64,000 nt of DNA from Halarcobacter sp. (lineage in GTDB: Bacteria; Campylobacterota; Campylobacteria; Campylobacterales; Arcobacteraceae). The notes below the pieces were generated by a model. It made no database searches and was not told where the DNA came from. It saw only the letters and a list, made by a program, of their open reading frames with translations. Position numbers and translations under genes: made by a program. Each line of letters starts with the position of its first letter. Position 1 is the stretch's first letter. The stretch is taken from contig CP182352.1 in assembly GCA_048571215.1 (NCBI GenBank), positions 896,001 to 960,000 on the forward strand. Reading direction: 5' to 3'. Positions 1-9,401 of the stretch are shown piece after piece.

Positions 1-201
1 AGTAGTTGGACTGACATTTAGTTTTGTTGCAAGATGGGTAAGAAACTGTTCGATTTCTAATTTCCTCATATCTTTTGGATGTCGCTTATTATGGTAAAGT
101 ATGTATCTCTTAGCCCAATGTACATAAGTCTTTTCTGTACTTATACTATAGTGTTTAAATCTAATTTTATCTTTCATAATATCCAATAATTTTTTACCCA
201 T
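1..201 (-). CDS. intI: Integron integrase, N-terminal part (gene runs off the window start)
   Basis: Manual translation from the ATG at 201: MGKKLLDIMKDKIRFKHYSISTEKTYVHWAKRYILYHNKRHPKDMRKLEIEQFLTHLATKLNVSPTT. This is the typical IntI N-terminal pattern (HYS..TE..Y..W..R.I.FH..RHP..M...E...FLT.LA....VS..T). GGAGG RBS upstream; divergent from an attC array. Confidence 0.93.
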   Translation of the reverse strand, partial: MGKKLLDIMKDKIRFKHYSISTEKTYVHWAKRYILYHNKRHPKDMRKLEIEQFLTHLATKLNVSPTT

Positions 202-389
202 AATACACCTCCAAATAAATTTAACAAAATGCAGGTTTATCACGATATTGTAATAATATACATATATTATGTACTATTATCATCTAAATATCGATAATAA
301 ATGAACATAAAAACTATATCAAAAACTTAAAATAAATTTAAAAAATATTGCAAATTGCAATATTTTTTATACTAAAATGTACAATAACA

Positions 390-499
390 CCTTATTTAAG
401 GACTTTGCCGTTGTTTTGATATACGACATTTTTTATGTATGTTATTTGTTGATTTTCAGGGTGTTTTATATATAATGTATGTTCAATAAATAGTTGTTC
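390..499 (+). promoter_or_regulatory. attI site and adjacent integron platform (crossover G/TT at 493-494)
   Basis: First GTT core of the array (GTTGTTC 493-499) matches the R'' GAACAAC (519-525) of the first attC. It is preceded by TTTATATATAATGTATGTTCAATAAATA, with a TATAAT at 471-476. Confidence 0.8.
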
Positions 500-680
500 G
501 TTCCCGCTTCGCGTGAACGAACAACGGCGGTGCTGACCACTGAACGTGTCACCCGTCATTTGTCATTCTTCGCTTCGCTACGAACAACAAATGACAGGAG
601 ACACACACTAAGCCATCTTCCAGAAAACACTCCGTGATTTCTGAAATATGACTGAGTGGTGCTCAGCACCGCCGTTATAT
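493..680 (+). mobile_element. Cassette 1: ORF-less cassette (33-bp hairpin plus long branched attC 519-680)
   Basis: GTTGTTCGTTC-CCGCTTCGCGT-GAACGAACAAC, then AACGGCGGTGCTGA...TCAGCACCGCCGTT (14-bp perfect inverted repeat). Near-identical copy at 2384-2571. Confidence 0.85.
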
Positions 681-695
681 TAAGGAAGATAAAAG

Positions 696-1439
696 ATGAA
701 CCCACCAAGAGTATTTATTTCATATTCACATGACTCAGCAGAACATAAACAATGGATATTGGATTTTGCTACAACATTAAGAAACAGAGGAGTTGATGCA
801 GTTTTAGATCAATGGGATTTAAAACCAGGGGATGACCTACCTCATTTTATGGAAACTCAACTTAGTGAAGCTCAATTTATAATAATGGTATGCACAAAAG
901 AGTATGTTGAAAAAGCAAATGCAGGTAAAGGTGGAGTAGGATATGAAAAAATGATAATGACATCTTCTTTACTTTCAAAAATTGATAGTAGTAAAGTAAT
1001 ACCTATAATTCGACAAACTGGAACTGATTTACGACCTACTTTTTTAAGTTCAAAACTTTATATCAATTTTTCAAAAGATAGTGAACTTGAATATAGTTTA
1101 GATGATTTGCTTCGTGTACTTCTAAATGCTCCATTATATGAAAAACCAGAAATTGGATTAAATCATTTTAAACCACTAGAAGGTTCTCGTCCTGATCGTA
1201 TATCAGATGGATTAAAAGAACTTATGAAAGCTGTAGCTTCATCTTATGAAGGAACAGCACATAAATACATTTGGTTTAAAAAGGTTGTATCTACAGTATC
1301 TATGCATAGGCTTACTTTAGATAGATATTTAAAAAAGGCAATAAATGATGGACTTATTAAATGGCACACTTCTGATACTATAATGATTACAGATAAAGGA
1401 CTAGACTATCTAGTTTCACATAGTATTATAGAAGAATAA
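696..1439 (+). CDS. Cassette 2: TIR/SEFIR-domain protein with probable C-terminal winged helix
   Basis: VFISYSHDS...W...F...L...GVD..LDQWDL.PG motif; GVGYE carries the conserved Glu; ITDKGLDYL is wHTH-like. Bounded by GTTATAT (674) and ATATAAC (1441). Confidence 0.88.
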   Translation: MNPPRVFISYSHDSAEHKQWILDFATTLRNRGVDAVLDQWDLKPGDDLPHFMETQLSEAQFIIMVCTKEYVEKANAGKGGVGYEKMIMTSSLLSKIDSSKVIPIIRQTGTDLRPTFLSSKLYINFSKDSELEYSLDDLLRVLLNAPLYEKPEIGLNHFKPLEGSRPDRISDGLKELMKAVASSYEGTAHKYIWFKKVVSTVSMHRLTLDRYLKKAINDGLIKWHTSDTIMITDKGLDYLVSHSIIEE

Positions 1440-1440
1440 A

Positions 1441-1574
1441 ATATAACAAATTGGAGGAGAGAAACGAGGCTATACTACGGAAATTTCAAGCTTTTAAGTG
1501 TCGCGTAAAGAAACTTGAAATCTGAATAATTAAGTACGAAATATCGCCATCGTTCCTCACCTCAGTCGTTATAA
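1441..1574 (+). repeat. attC site (long family)
   Basis: ATATAAC...GTTATAA with internal imperfect inverted repeat (GAGGAGAGAAACGA/TCGTTCCTCACCTC); closely similar to 2256-2390. Confidence 0.88.
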
Positions 1575-1626
1575 TGGTTTAAAATATTAGTGAGTTAGTA
1601 TTTTAAAGAAGTAAAGAAGGTAAAAT

Positions 1627-2241
1627 ATGGATTTAAAAACATTAAATTTTCCAGAACTTATAAGATATTTTGTTACAGGATTTAATTTTTTAGTATTAGT
1701 AGTCAGTCCTATAGTAATAAGTAAAGATTATGGAATTTTTATTGAACTAAATAAAAGTATTTCTTCTATTGTAATTATTACAAGTGCTTTCATAATTGGA
1801 TTTATAATAGATCAAATGAAAATTTATCAATTTATTATTGGATATAGTACAATAAAAAAAGAATTTCGAAACAAAATTCAAGAAGCTCTAAATATTGAAA
1901 ATAAATTTATTAATACATATTTTTCATATATTACAAATTATGCCAAAAAATATAGTTTTTATAATTTGGAAAAAAAACGTGCCGAATGGATATTGGCAAT
2001 TAATACAAGCATTATGCTTATTTTTACCATTATATTTTGGTTCATTTTATACTTATTTGATTTTTTAAATGATATTAATTTTTATATATTTATTATATAT
2101 CCAATTATTGCTTTAAAATTATATTTTACTGCAAAAGAAGAATTAATTAAAAGCAATAAAGAATTTTTATTATTTTGTGAAAAAAATAAACAAAATATTT
2201 TAGATTCAATTGAACTAAAAGAAAAACAAAAGGTTGACTAA
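1627..2241 (+). CDS. Cassette 3: hypothetical membrane protein (about 4 TM)
   Basis: 204-aa ORF with hydrophobic segments, bounded by GTTATAA (1568) and TTATAAC (2256). Confidence 0.8.
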   Translation: MDLKTLNFPELIRYFVTGFNFLVLVVSPIVISKDYGIFIELNKSISSIVIITSAFIIGFIIDQMKIYQFIIGYSTIKKEFRNKIQEALNIENKFINTYFSYITNYAKKYSFYNLEKKRAEWILAINTSIMLIFTIIFWFILYLFDFLNDINFYIFIIYPIIALKLYFTAKEELIKSNKEFLLFCEKNKQNILDSIELKEKQKVD

Positions 2242-2255
2242 TTAATCTAATAATA

Positions 2256-2390
2256 TTATAACAAATTGGAGGAGAGAAACGAGGCTATACTACGAAAATT
2301 TTTAAGCTTTTAATTGTCGCATAATGAAACTTGAAAGTTGAACATTTAATTACAAAATATCGCCATCGTTCCTCACCTCAGGCGTTGTTC
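2256..2390 (+). repeat. attC site (long family)
   Basis: TTATAAC...GTTGTTC; paralogous to 1441-1574. Confidence 0.88.
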
Positions 2391-2571
2391 GTTCCCGCTT
2401 CGCGTGAACGAACAACGGCGGTGCTGACCACTGAACGTGTCACCCGTCATTTGTCATTCTTCGCTTCGCTACGAACAACAAATGACAGGAGACACACACT
2501 AAGCCATCTTCCAGAAAACACTCCGTGATTTCTGAAATATGACTGAGTGGTGCTCAGCACCACCGTTATGA
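2384..2571 (+). mobile_element. Cassette 4: second copy of the ORF-less cassette
   Basis: Identical to 493-678 apart from G671 vs A2562. Confidence 0.85.
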
Positions 2572-2577
2572 AGCAGG

Positions 2578-3279
2578 ATGAAATTTATGACCGAAAAGCC
2601 AGATTATTTTGCACGAACAACTGCTGTGATATCACTTGTTTTTGCTATTGTTGCAATGTTAGTTTCGTATTATCAACAAGAATCAGCTCAACAAGTGCAA
2701 AAAGAACAATTTGAAGTCCTCCAAAAAGAAGAACTTATTGTTAAAGTTAATCCATATATTGATGGCTTTATACGATTAACGAATTACAATTTAGGTCACT
2801 TAGGACATGTAGTTCAAATTCCTTGGAAGATTATCATTTCTAATACAGGAAATCAAAAATTATCAATAACTGATTGTTTTGTAACTCGAGGAGATTCTCC
2901 TGAGTCAATACAATATTCAGGGATATATGGTGGAATTATAGATCAAAAATCAAAAACTATTGAATTTCCTCTTATGCTTGATCCAGGAGAAAGTAGAATT
3001 GTATATATTTTTGTTGGTATCACTGTGCCATCATTAGTTTATCAAACATTATTTTCTTTAGATAAGAATACAACACTTACAGATAGATTAGCAATGAAAG
3101 CATTAGGAAAACAGAGAATTGATTATTATGGAAATCCAGTTGAGTATGAAGAGTTTGAGGGTGGTTTATTTCATTTTGTCGTAAAAGACACTAAAAAAGC
3201 TCAACGTTTTTGGATAAAGTTTACAACTGGTAGAGGAAATATATATTATGGTACAGGAATGGCATACAAGTCAATATAA
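2578..3279 (+). CDS. Cassette 5: hypothetical protein with N-terminal membrane anchor
   Basis: 233-aa ORF bounded by GTTATGA (2565) and TCATAAC (3285). Confidence 0.8.
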   Translation: MKFMTEKPDYFARTTAVISLVFAIVAMLVSYYQQESAQQVQKEQFEVLQKEELIVKVNPYIDGFIRLTNYNLGHLGHVVQIPWKIIISNTGNQKLSITDCFVTRGDSPESIQYSGIYGGIIDQKSKTIEFPLMLDPGESRIVYIFVGITVPSLVYQTLFSLDKNTTLTDRLAMKALGKQRIDYYGNPVEYEEFEGGLFHFVVKDTKKAQRFWIKFTTGRGNIYYGTGMAYKSI

Positions 3280-3284
3280 GAAGT

Positions 3285-3415
3285 TCATAACAAATCCTAG
3301 AAGTGAACGAGGGTATACTTGCGATAATTTAAGCTTTAAAGCCTAAAGAAGTTAAAATATAGTTCAAATAGTCAAGTGGTCAGATACCCTCGTCCACTTA
3401 ATTTGACCGTTATAA
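3285..3415 (+). repeat. attC site
   Basis: TCATAAC...GTTATAA with AAGTG-AACGAGGGTAT / ATACCCTCGT-CCACTT inverted repeat. Confidence 0.85.
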
Positions 3416-3624
3416 AAAGAGTATCATATGAATAAAAAAAATTTTTAAATTACAAATATCGGAAACATCAATGATATAAAGCAATATAATCACATCTTGC
3501 CTGATTCAAAACTAGACCTGATATATTTATCATTTTTATAATCTATTAAAGATATTGCTTACTAATCTAACAAAAGTAATTATATCAAACATAAAAAATA
3601 TTATATATTTTATTAAAATCAGCG

Positions 3625-3728
3625 TATTTATAGGACTTTGTCTAACTTGATATCATAACATAAAAATGTATTATTAAGTAATTTTATGGATAATTAATAT
3701 ATAATGTGTTACTAAGAAATTGGTATAT
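3625..3728 (+). promoter_or_regulatory. Degenerate copy of the attI platform
   Basis: TATTTATAGGACTTTG...ATATATAATGTGTTACTAAGAAATTGGT resembles 393-495; the core reads GGT instead of GTT. Confidence 0.5.
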
Positions 3729-3759
3729 ATTTAAAACTAAACATTTGGAGTTATGAAAT

Positions 3760-4470
3760 ATGGAAATACAATCAACAACACAAACAACTTATACTCAGAA
3801 TTCGCAATCAACCAAAAGTAGTGAAGTATTAAAACTAAGTTTTAAAGTAGAACCGAATAAAGAACTTGATCCTTTAAGTATATCTTTTGAAGAATATAAT
3901 AAATTAACAAAAGAAGATATTGAAATAATATACCAAAATGAACCAAAACCACAAGATGATAAATTGAATGCTTTAAGTTTACATCAACAAGCTAATTGGA
4001 CAGATGATAGTGTATTAAATAAAATACTTTTTGATAATAAAGTCAATGAATTAAAACATGGTGGCGATAAATCGCTTATGACATTTCATGCAATAGCAAT
4101 AGCAGGAATGCCTGATATAAAAAGTTTTATAATTGATCCTGATAATTTTGCTGTTACACCTGAACAAGTTAAAAATAGTCCATTTTTACAAGAGATAATG
4201 AGTAAAAGAGATGGTATAAAAACTAAAAGTCCTGAACCTACAATAAATATAAGAGATTCAAAAGAGCTTGTAGAATATTTTAGAAATTTTGAAAGTTTTT
4301 TTGAAAAACATATAAGAGAAGGATGGACAGGAGCTATTGATGAAAATAAAATATTTGAAAATGTAGAAGATATTTTAACTAGATATGATAAAAAAATAGA
4401 AGAAAATAATGCTATTTTAAATAGTCATACTAAAAATACAAAACCAAATCCATTCGAAGAGAAACTTTAA
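3760..4470 (+). CDS. Hypothetical protein
   Basis: 236-aa ORF with GGAG RBS; no family recognised. Confidence 0.75.
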   Translation: MEIQSTTQTTYTQNSQSTKSSEVLKLSFKVEPNKELDPLSISFEEYNKLTKEDIEIIYQNEPKPQDDKLNALSLHQQANWTDDSVLNKILFDNKVNELKHGGDKSLMTFHAIAIAGMPDIKSFIIDPDNFAVTPEQVKNSPFLQEIMSKRDGIKTKSPEPTINIRDSKELVEYFRNFESFFEKHIREGWTGAIDENKIFENVEDILTRYDKKIEENNAILNSHTKNTKPNPFEEKL

Positions 4471-4485
4471 GTACAAAATAAATAA

Positions 4486-4557
4486 GGATAACAAATAGTT
4501 CAGACTGTGAATTTAGTCCCAAATAAACTAAATTCACAGTAAAAATTCAAATTAACT
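4486..4557 (+). repeat. Degenerate attC-like site or terminator hairpin
   Basis: GGATAACAAAT, then a 14-bp perfect inverted repeat ACTGTGAATTTAGT (4504-4517/4527-4540); ends ATTAACT rather than GTT. Confidence 0.4.
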
Positions 4558-5074
4558 TCCTAAATATCTGATATTTCTTCTTAAATTTTTTAGATATAAA
4601 AATTTTTCTAAAAAAAAAACCAAATAAAGTCCAAACACTAAGATATATTCCTCTATATCTTTTGTAATCTGGGTTAAATCTTTATTTTTTATGGCTAAGC
4701 ATAACTTTTTCTCAAAGATAGTGATACTAAAGCACCGTTTCACTTCACAAGAAACAGATTTGTCCCTATAAGATTTAAAATTATATGTAAATATAATAAG
4801 TGCGTTTTAACTACTCCCTACGAGGTTGAATCTCCATTTTTCTATTTTTCATACAGATAAAAAGGTGCATATTACCTTTATTTACAAAGACAAAAAGATT
4901 TGTGAAATGTTTCAAAAAAGAAGATTGTAATTTAATATTTATACCCTTGTTAGATTGTACTTTATAATACGCTAAATTTATGATATAGTATAAATAAAAT
5001 ATGATAGTTATTAAGATTTAGTTTGCTAATATTACAATCTTTACTAAATTGTATTTTATAAATAGGGGATTAAA

Positions 5075-7339
5075 ATGAAGAAGGGTCTAAGTTTTTCAAA
5101 ACGTTTGTTTTTAAGTATTATGGGGGTAGTTTTAATCTCATCAGCGATTTCTGTATATTTAATACAAGATAAATCATTTGAAAATAGTAAACATACTGCT
5201 GAATTATATATGGATGGTATTGCAGATATTAATGTTCAAAAATCAAAAGATTTATTAAATAAAGCTGTTGTTATTTCTCGTGGATTTGCTTCATATTTTG
5301 AAGTTGCATTGAAAAATAAGCAAGATCTTAAAAAAGAAGATATTAGAGAAGTAATGAAAAACATGCTTTTGAAAAATACTGAAGTATTTGGACTATGGGT
5401 AGAGATAAATGGGGGAATATTATTTAAAACAGATCTAACATTAGCAAATATAGATGGACATGATAAAGATGGAAGATTTGCACCTTTTATTGTGAATGTA
5501 GATGGTAAGATAAGTGTACTTCCTGGTGCAGATGAAAACTATCCAGATAGACCATGGGTAGATGGACCAAAAAAATCTGGAAAAGAGTTTGTCACTAAAC
5601 CATATTTTTATCCAATAAATGGTGTTCAAACATTGATAACAGCTGCGGCACATCCAGTGTATTATAAAGGTGAATTTATTGGTACTGTTGGGGTTGATAT
5701 AGCTTTAAAGAAAATGTCTGAGAGAATAAGAGACCTTAAAATATTTAAAAATGGTTATGCAAGTTTAATTACACAAGAGGGTACAATTGTTGGATATCCA
5801 GATTTAAAATTTTTAAGTAAAAATATAAAAGATATCTCAAAAAATAAATTTTTACTTGATTTACCTAAAAAACTACATGATAATAAAAAACTAGTTTACA
5901 AAGGGATAGATGAGCGAACTGGGCTTATGTCTGAGTTTATTGCAATCCCTTTTCAAATTGAAAGAACTGGTGTTTTTTGGGGTTTAATATTATCTGTTCC
6001 TATAGAAGAATACCTAGAAAATACTATTTATATTAAATGGTTTTCAATCATTTCAGGTATTATTAGCTTTATTTTAGTTGGTATTGTTATTGCTTTTAAT
6101 ACAAGAGCTTTAGATAGGAATTTAAAAAATATCACAAATGGATTAACTTCTTTTTTTAAATATTTAAATAAAGAAACATCATCAACTGAACAAATTAGAA
6201 TCAATTCTAATGATGAATTTGGCGCCATGGCAAAACAGATTAATGAGAATATATCAACTATTAAAATTAAACTAGATGAAGATGTTGCTTTAATTGATGA
6301 AGTTAAAGATGTTGTTGAGCATGTAAAAGAAGGCCGAATTAAACAAACTATTACTAAAAATTCAAAAGATGAAAGTTTAAATGAGCTTAAAGTTATTATT
6401 AATGAAATGCTTGAAATTATGTCTGTAAATATTAGTGATGATTTAAATAAAATATTAGATGCACTTAAATCATATCAAAATTTAGATTTTAGACATAGAA
6501 TTCAAAATGACACAGGAAAAGTAGAAAAAGGATTAAATAATTTTGCAAATATAATAAATGAAATGCTTGTTGAAAATAAAAAAACAGGTTTAGTTCTTGC
6601 CAAAAGCAGTAAAGTGCTACTTGAAAATGTAAATGTTTTAAATACAAATTCAAATACTTCTGCAGCTTCTTTGGAAGAAACGGCAGCTTCTTTGGAAGAG
6701 ATTACATGTAATATTACGCAAAATACTACAAATGTTATAAAGATGGCAGATAATGCTAAAGAATTAACTACATCTGCAAATGAAGGTAAAAGCTTAGCTG
6801 AAGAAACAGTTACTTCAATGAGTGAAATTGACAATCAAGTTTCTGCTATTAGTGAGGCTATTTCTATAATTGATCAAATTGCATTTCAAACAAATATATT
6901 ATCTTTAAATGCAGCAGTTGAAGCAGCAACAGCAGGAGAAGCTGGAAAAGGATTTGCCGTTGTTGCACAAGAAGTAAGAAATTTAGCTTCAAGAAGTGCT
7001 GAATCTGCAAATGAAATTAAATCTTTAGTTGAATCTGCAATAAATAAAACGAACAATGGAAAAGAGATTGCTACAAGAATGATAGATGGTTACCAATCTT
7101 TAAATGGGAATATCTTAAAAACCATTGAACTTATTTCTGAAGTAGAAGTTGCAACAAAAGAACAACAATCAGGAATTGAACAAATTAATGATGCTATCAA
7201 TTCATTAGATAGTAAAACTCAAGAAAATGCTAATATTTCAAATGAAACAAAAAATGTTGCAGATGAAACAGATGAGATAGCTAAAGTGATTGTAAAAAAT
7301 GTAGATGAAAAAGAGTTTATTGGGAAAAATGATATTTAA
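5075..7339 (+). CDS. Methyl-accepting chemotaxis protein with Cache-type periplasmic sensor
   Basis: Two TM segments; [37 protein letters not shown] signalling motif. Confidence 0.95.
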   Translation: MKKGLSFSKRLFLSIMGVVLISSAISVYLIQDKSFENSKHTAELYMDGIADINVQKSKDLLNKAVVISRGFASYFEVALKNKQDLKKEDIREVMKNMLLKNTEVFGLWVEINGGILFKTDLTLANIDGHDKDGRFAPFIVNVDGKISVLPGADENYPDRPWVDGPKKSGKEFVTKPYFYPINGVQTLITAAAHPVYYKGEFIGTVGVDIALKKMSERIRDLKIFKNGYASLITQEGTIVGYPDLKFLSKNIKDISKNKFLLDLPKKLHDNKKLVYKGIDERTGLMSEFIAIPFQIERTGVFWGLILSVPIEEYLENTIYIKWFSIISGIISFILVGIVIAFNTRALDRNLKNITNGLTSFFKYLNKETSSTEQIRINSNDEFGAMAKQINENISTIKIKLDEDVALIDEVKDVVEHVKEGRIKQTITKNSKDESLNELKVIINEMLEIMSVNISDDLNKILDALKSYQNLDFRHRIQNDTGKVEKGLNNFANIINEMLVENKKTGLVLAKSSKVLLENVNVLNTNSNTSAASLEETAASLEEITCNITQNTTNVIKMADNAKELTTSANEGKSLAEETVTSMSEIDNQVSAISEAISIIDQIAFQTNILSLNAAVEAATAGEAGKGFAVVAQEVRNLASRSAESANEIKSLVESAINKTNNGKEIATRMIDGYQSLNGNILKTIELISEVEVATKEQQSGIEQINDAINSLDSKTQENANISNETKNVADETDEIAKVIVKNVDEKEFIGKNDI

Positions 7340-7378
7340 TAAAAAACAATATTCAAATTACAGATAATAAACTAATCA

Positions 7379-7508
7379 TATGAAGAATTAAAGATTTAAG
7401 GTGTAGAGTTCACTTCAGTACCAGAACAACAGCCATGGGTGGTATTCTTGTTTATTTTAAAGACCCGGCGGCAACATTATTACACTATTAGAAAGTGGGG
7501 AAGCTTAA
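7379..7508 (+). pseudogene. 3' remnant of a VOC/glyoxalase cassette gene
   Basis: Reads YEELK.*GVEFTSVPEQQPW(fs)GILVYFKDP(fs)GNIITLLESGEA*; the stop overlaps an attC R'' box. Confidence 0.7.
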
Positions 7509-7582
7509 CAAGCAAATGTTGATGGGCGCTGAAAAGCGCGCCTGGACGCTACAAGCATGGTACTTTAAATTTGGTGTTATAT
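7503..7582 (+). repeat. attC site (partly decayed)
   Basis: GCTTAACAAGCAAAT...ATTTGGTGTTATAT, GC-rich interior. Confidence 0.7.
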
Positions 7583-7597
7583 CAAAGGAGATGATAC

Positions 7598-8158
7598 TTG
7601 AAAGTACTAATAGGATTAGTGATTATGGTTACAGTTTCAGTGCTTGCTGGAATTTTTCAAGCCCACCTTCAGAACAAAAAAATTGAATCTGATTTAGCAA
7701 TGGGAGAAAAGATTATGTACTATAGTCAAATCCGAAAAATAGTTTCTATAATTGCAGCTATATTCATGATTGGATTATCTATCTTTTTAATATCATTAGA
7801 TTCATTGCCTAAAGAAAATGGTTTTATTTGGTTTTTAGTATTAGTTGCGATATTCCTATTAGTATCAATTTATTGGGCACTAGAAAGTTTTTTTGTAAAA
7901 ATCACCTTTGATGATCAAGAAATTGTTCTTGAATCTCCATGGCGTCAAAAACGTAGAGTCCTTTTATCGGAACTTACTGGATACAAATATTCTGAAGATG
8001 GTAATTATCATGTGTTTACAACTGAAAGAAAAGGGAAAATTCACTTATCACCTCATTTAAAGGGATTAACAAACTTTTTTATATTGCTTGATAAAAAGAA
8101 AAATGAGTTAAATGAAAGACTTCTGATGCAACTTCGATTTGGAAATATCAGTGACTAA
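7598..8158 (+). CDS. Cassette-derived hypothetical membrane protein
   Basis: 3 TM segments plus a soluble C-terminal domain; starts just after an attC GTT with AAGGAG RBS. Confidence 0.75.
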   Translation: MKVLIGLVIMVTVSVLAGIFQAHLQNKKIESDLAMGEKIMYYSQIRKIVSIIAAIFMIGLSIFLISLDSLPKENGFIWFLVLVAIFLLVSIYWALESFFVKITFDDQEIVLESPWRQKRRVLLSELTGYKYSEDGNYHVFTTERKGKIHLSPHLKGLTNFFILLDKKKNELNERLLMQLRFGNISD

Positions 8159-8279
8159 ATATATACTCTATGTATAAGTTATCTATTAATTAAAATACTA
8201 ATTATAATAAAAGAATCAGTATACTATCCTCAAATTCTCACAAAAATAAATTTGAATAAGTAGTTAAGGGTATAAAAAT

Positions 8280-8651
8280 ATGAAATCAATCAGTAAAGAT
8301 AAAAAATATGTAAATCAATTGGAAGAAATCAATTTATGTATTGATACAACAGAAGAAAAAGGTGGAACAGGGAAATATCCTCGTCCACATGACATACTAG
8401 AAGCAGCATTGGCAAGTTGTATGAATATTATGCTTCAAAAAGAAGCTGAAAAATTAGAACTAATAGATATAAAATTTGAAACAGAAGTGATACTAAATAG
8501 AGAAAATCCAGAAGAAGCTAATTTTGAATATTCATATAAAATAATTGCAAATAAAGATTATGAGGGGTTTAGAAATAGATTTGATAAAGCATTATTGGAT
8601 AGTTCAGTTAAAAATACATTATCAAGACGAATGGTTTTTACAAAAAAATAA
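8280..8651 (+). CDS. OsmC-family protein
   Basis: GG.GKYPRPHDILEAALASC motif; the second Cys is replaced (DSSV). Confidence 0.8.
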   Translation: MKSISKDKKYVNQLEEINLCIDTTEEKGGTGKYPRPHDILEAALASCMNIMLQKEAEKLELIDIKFETEVILNRENPEEANFEYSYKIIANKDYEGFRNRFDKALLDSSVKNTLSRRMVFTKK

Positions 8652-8689
8652 ATAAGGGGATTTTTTACCTTCCAAGTGTAGACTTATTA

Positions 8690-8741
8690 GTTAATTTTAT
8701 ATATTATTTATATATAATATATTACTAATAAATAATTATGC
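8690..8741 (+). promoter_or_regulatory. Degenerate attI-like site
   Basis: TTATTTATATATAATATATTACTAATAAATA-ATTATGC closely matches the minus-strand site ending at 61002; core GTT reads ATT. Confidence 0.55.
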
Positions 8742-8756
8742 TAAGGAGTAGTTGTC

Positions 8757-9332
8757 ATGGACTTAAGAGAGCTTCTAGAAGAGCTTGAGCAACTAGGGGA
8801 AGAGAATGATGCGGCAGAAAAGCAAAGGGAGTTTAAGTATCTTAACATCACGAGGGATACCGGCGAGTTTCTTACCATGCTCATCAAAGCAAGTGCTGCA
8901 CGACAGATTTTGGAGGTTGGAACATCCAATGGCTACTCAACATTGTGGTTAGCATCTGCGCTACCAGAGGATGGACATGTAACTACTCTGGAAGTTTCTG
9001 CATATAAAATTGAACATGCAGTTCAAAATTTTAGGCGGGCAAATCTTGATCATAAGATTACGGTGCTACAAAGCGATGCCTTAGATTATCTAAGCCAAGG
9101 TAATGTGCAGTTTGATTTTATTTTTCTTGATGCTAATCGTTCAAGGTATATTGAGTTTGCTAGCCAAGTAATCGCACGGCTTCGCCCAGGGGGACTACTT
9201 ATATGTGACAACGCTATATCTCATGCCTCAGAAATGGAAGAGTTCATCGGTTTCGTAAAAAATACAGGCGAATTTTCAGTTGTTATTGTACCGATTGGAA
9301 AAGGTGAATTTGTGGCATGCAAAAATAGATAA
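8757..9332 (+). CDS. O-methyltransferase (YrrM/COMT-like), probably cassette-derived
   Basis: ILEVGTSNGYSTLWLA, FDFIFLDA and DNA motifs; visibly GC-richer than the flanks. Confidence 0.9.
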   Translation: MDLRELLEELEQLGEENDAAEKQREFKYLNITRDTGEFLTMLIKASAARQILEVGTSNGYSTLWLASALPEDGHVTTLEVSAYKIEHAVQNFRRANLDHKITVLQSDALDYLSQGNVQFDFIFLDANRSRYIEFASQVIARLRPGGLLICDNAISHASEMEEFIGFVKNTGEFSVVIVPIGKGEFVACKNR

Positions 9333-9383
9333 CTGAGCTTAGCATGAGAAATCGTTTATACTTCTGTGTGCTTGGCGTTATAC
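9327..9383 (+). repeat. Degenerate attC-like site
   Basis: AGATAAC overlapping the stop ... GGCGTTATAC; weak internal pairing. Confidence 0.45.
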
Positions 9384-9401
9384 TGAAAGGAGAATTATGA
9401 T

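Noticed and set aside
202..389. LexA box controlling intI
   Set aside because: No CTGT-N8-ACAG motif seen by eye.
2331..2528. 65-aa ORF in the track
   Set aside because: Spans an attC and the ORF-less cassette, has no RBS, and its start is absent from copy 1.
493..3415. Possible CRISPR array
   Set aside because: The repeats are long imperfect palindromes with AAC/GTT cores separated by genes, which is attC architecture; no cas genes.
3416..3620. A sixth cassette after attC 3285-3415
   Set aside because: The ATG closes after a few codons and no matching attC follows; at most a stub.
4552..4920. Short minus-strand ORF or gene remnant
   Set aside because: No recognisable motif or RBS.
7495..7686. 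63-aa ORF
   Set aside because: Reads through an attC and overlaps a better ORF.
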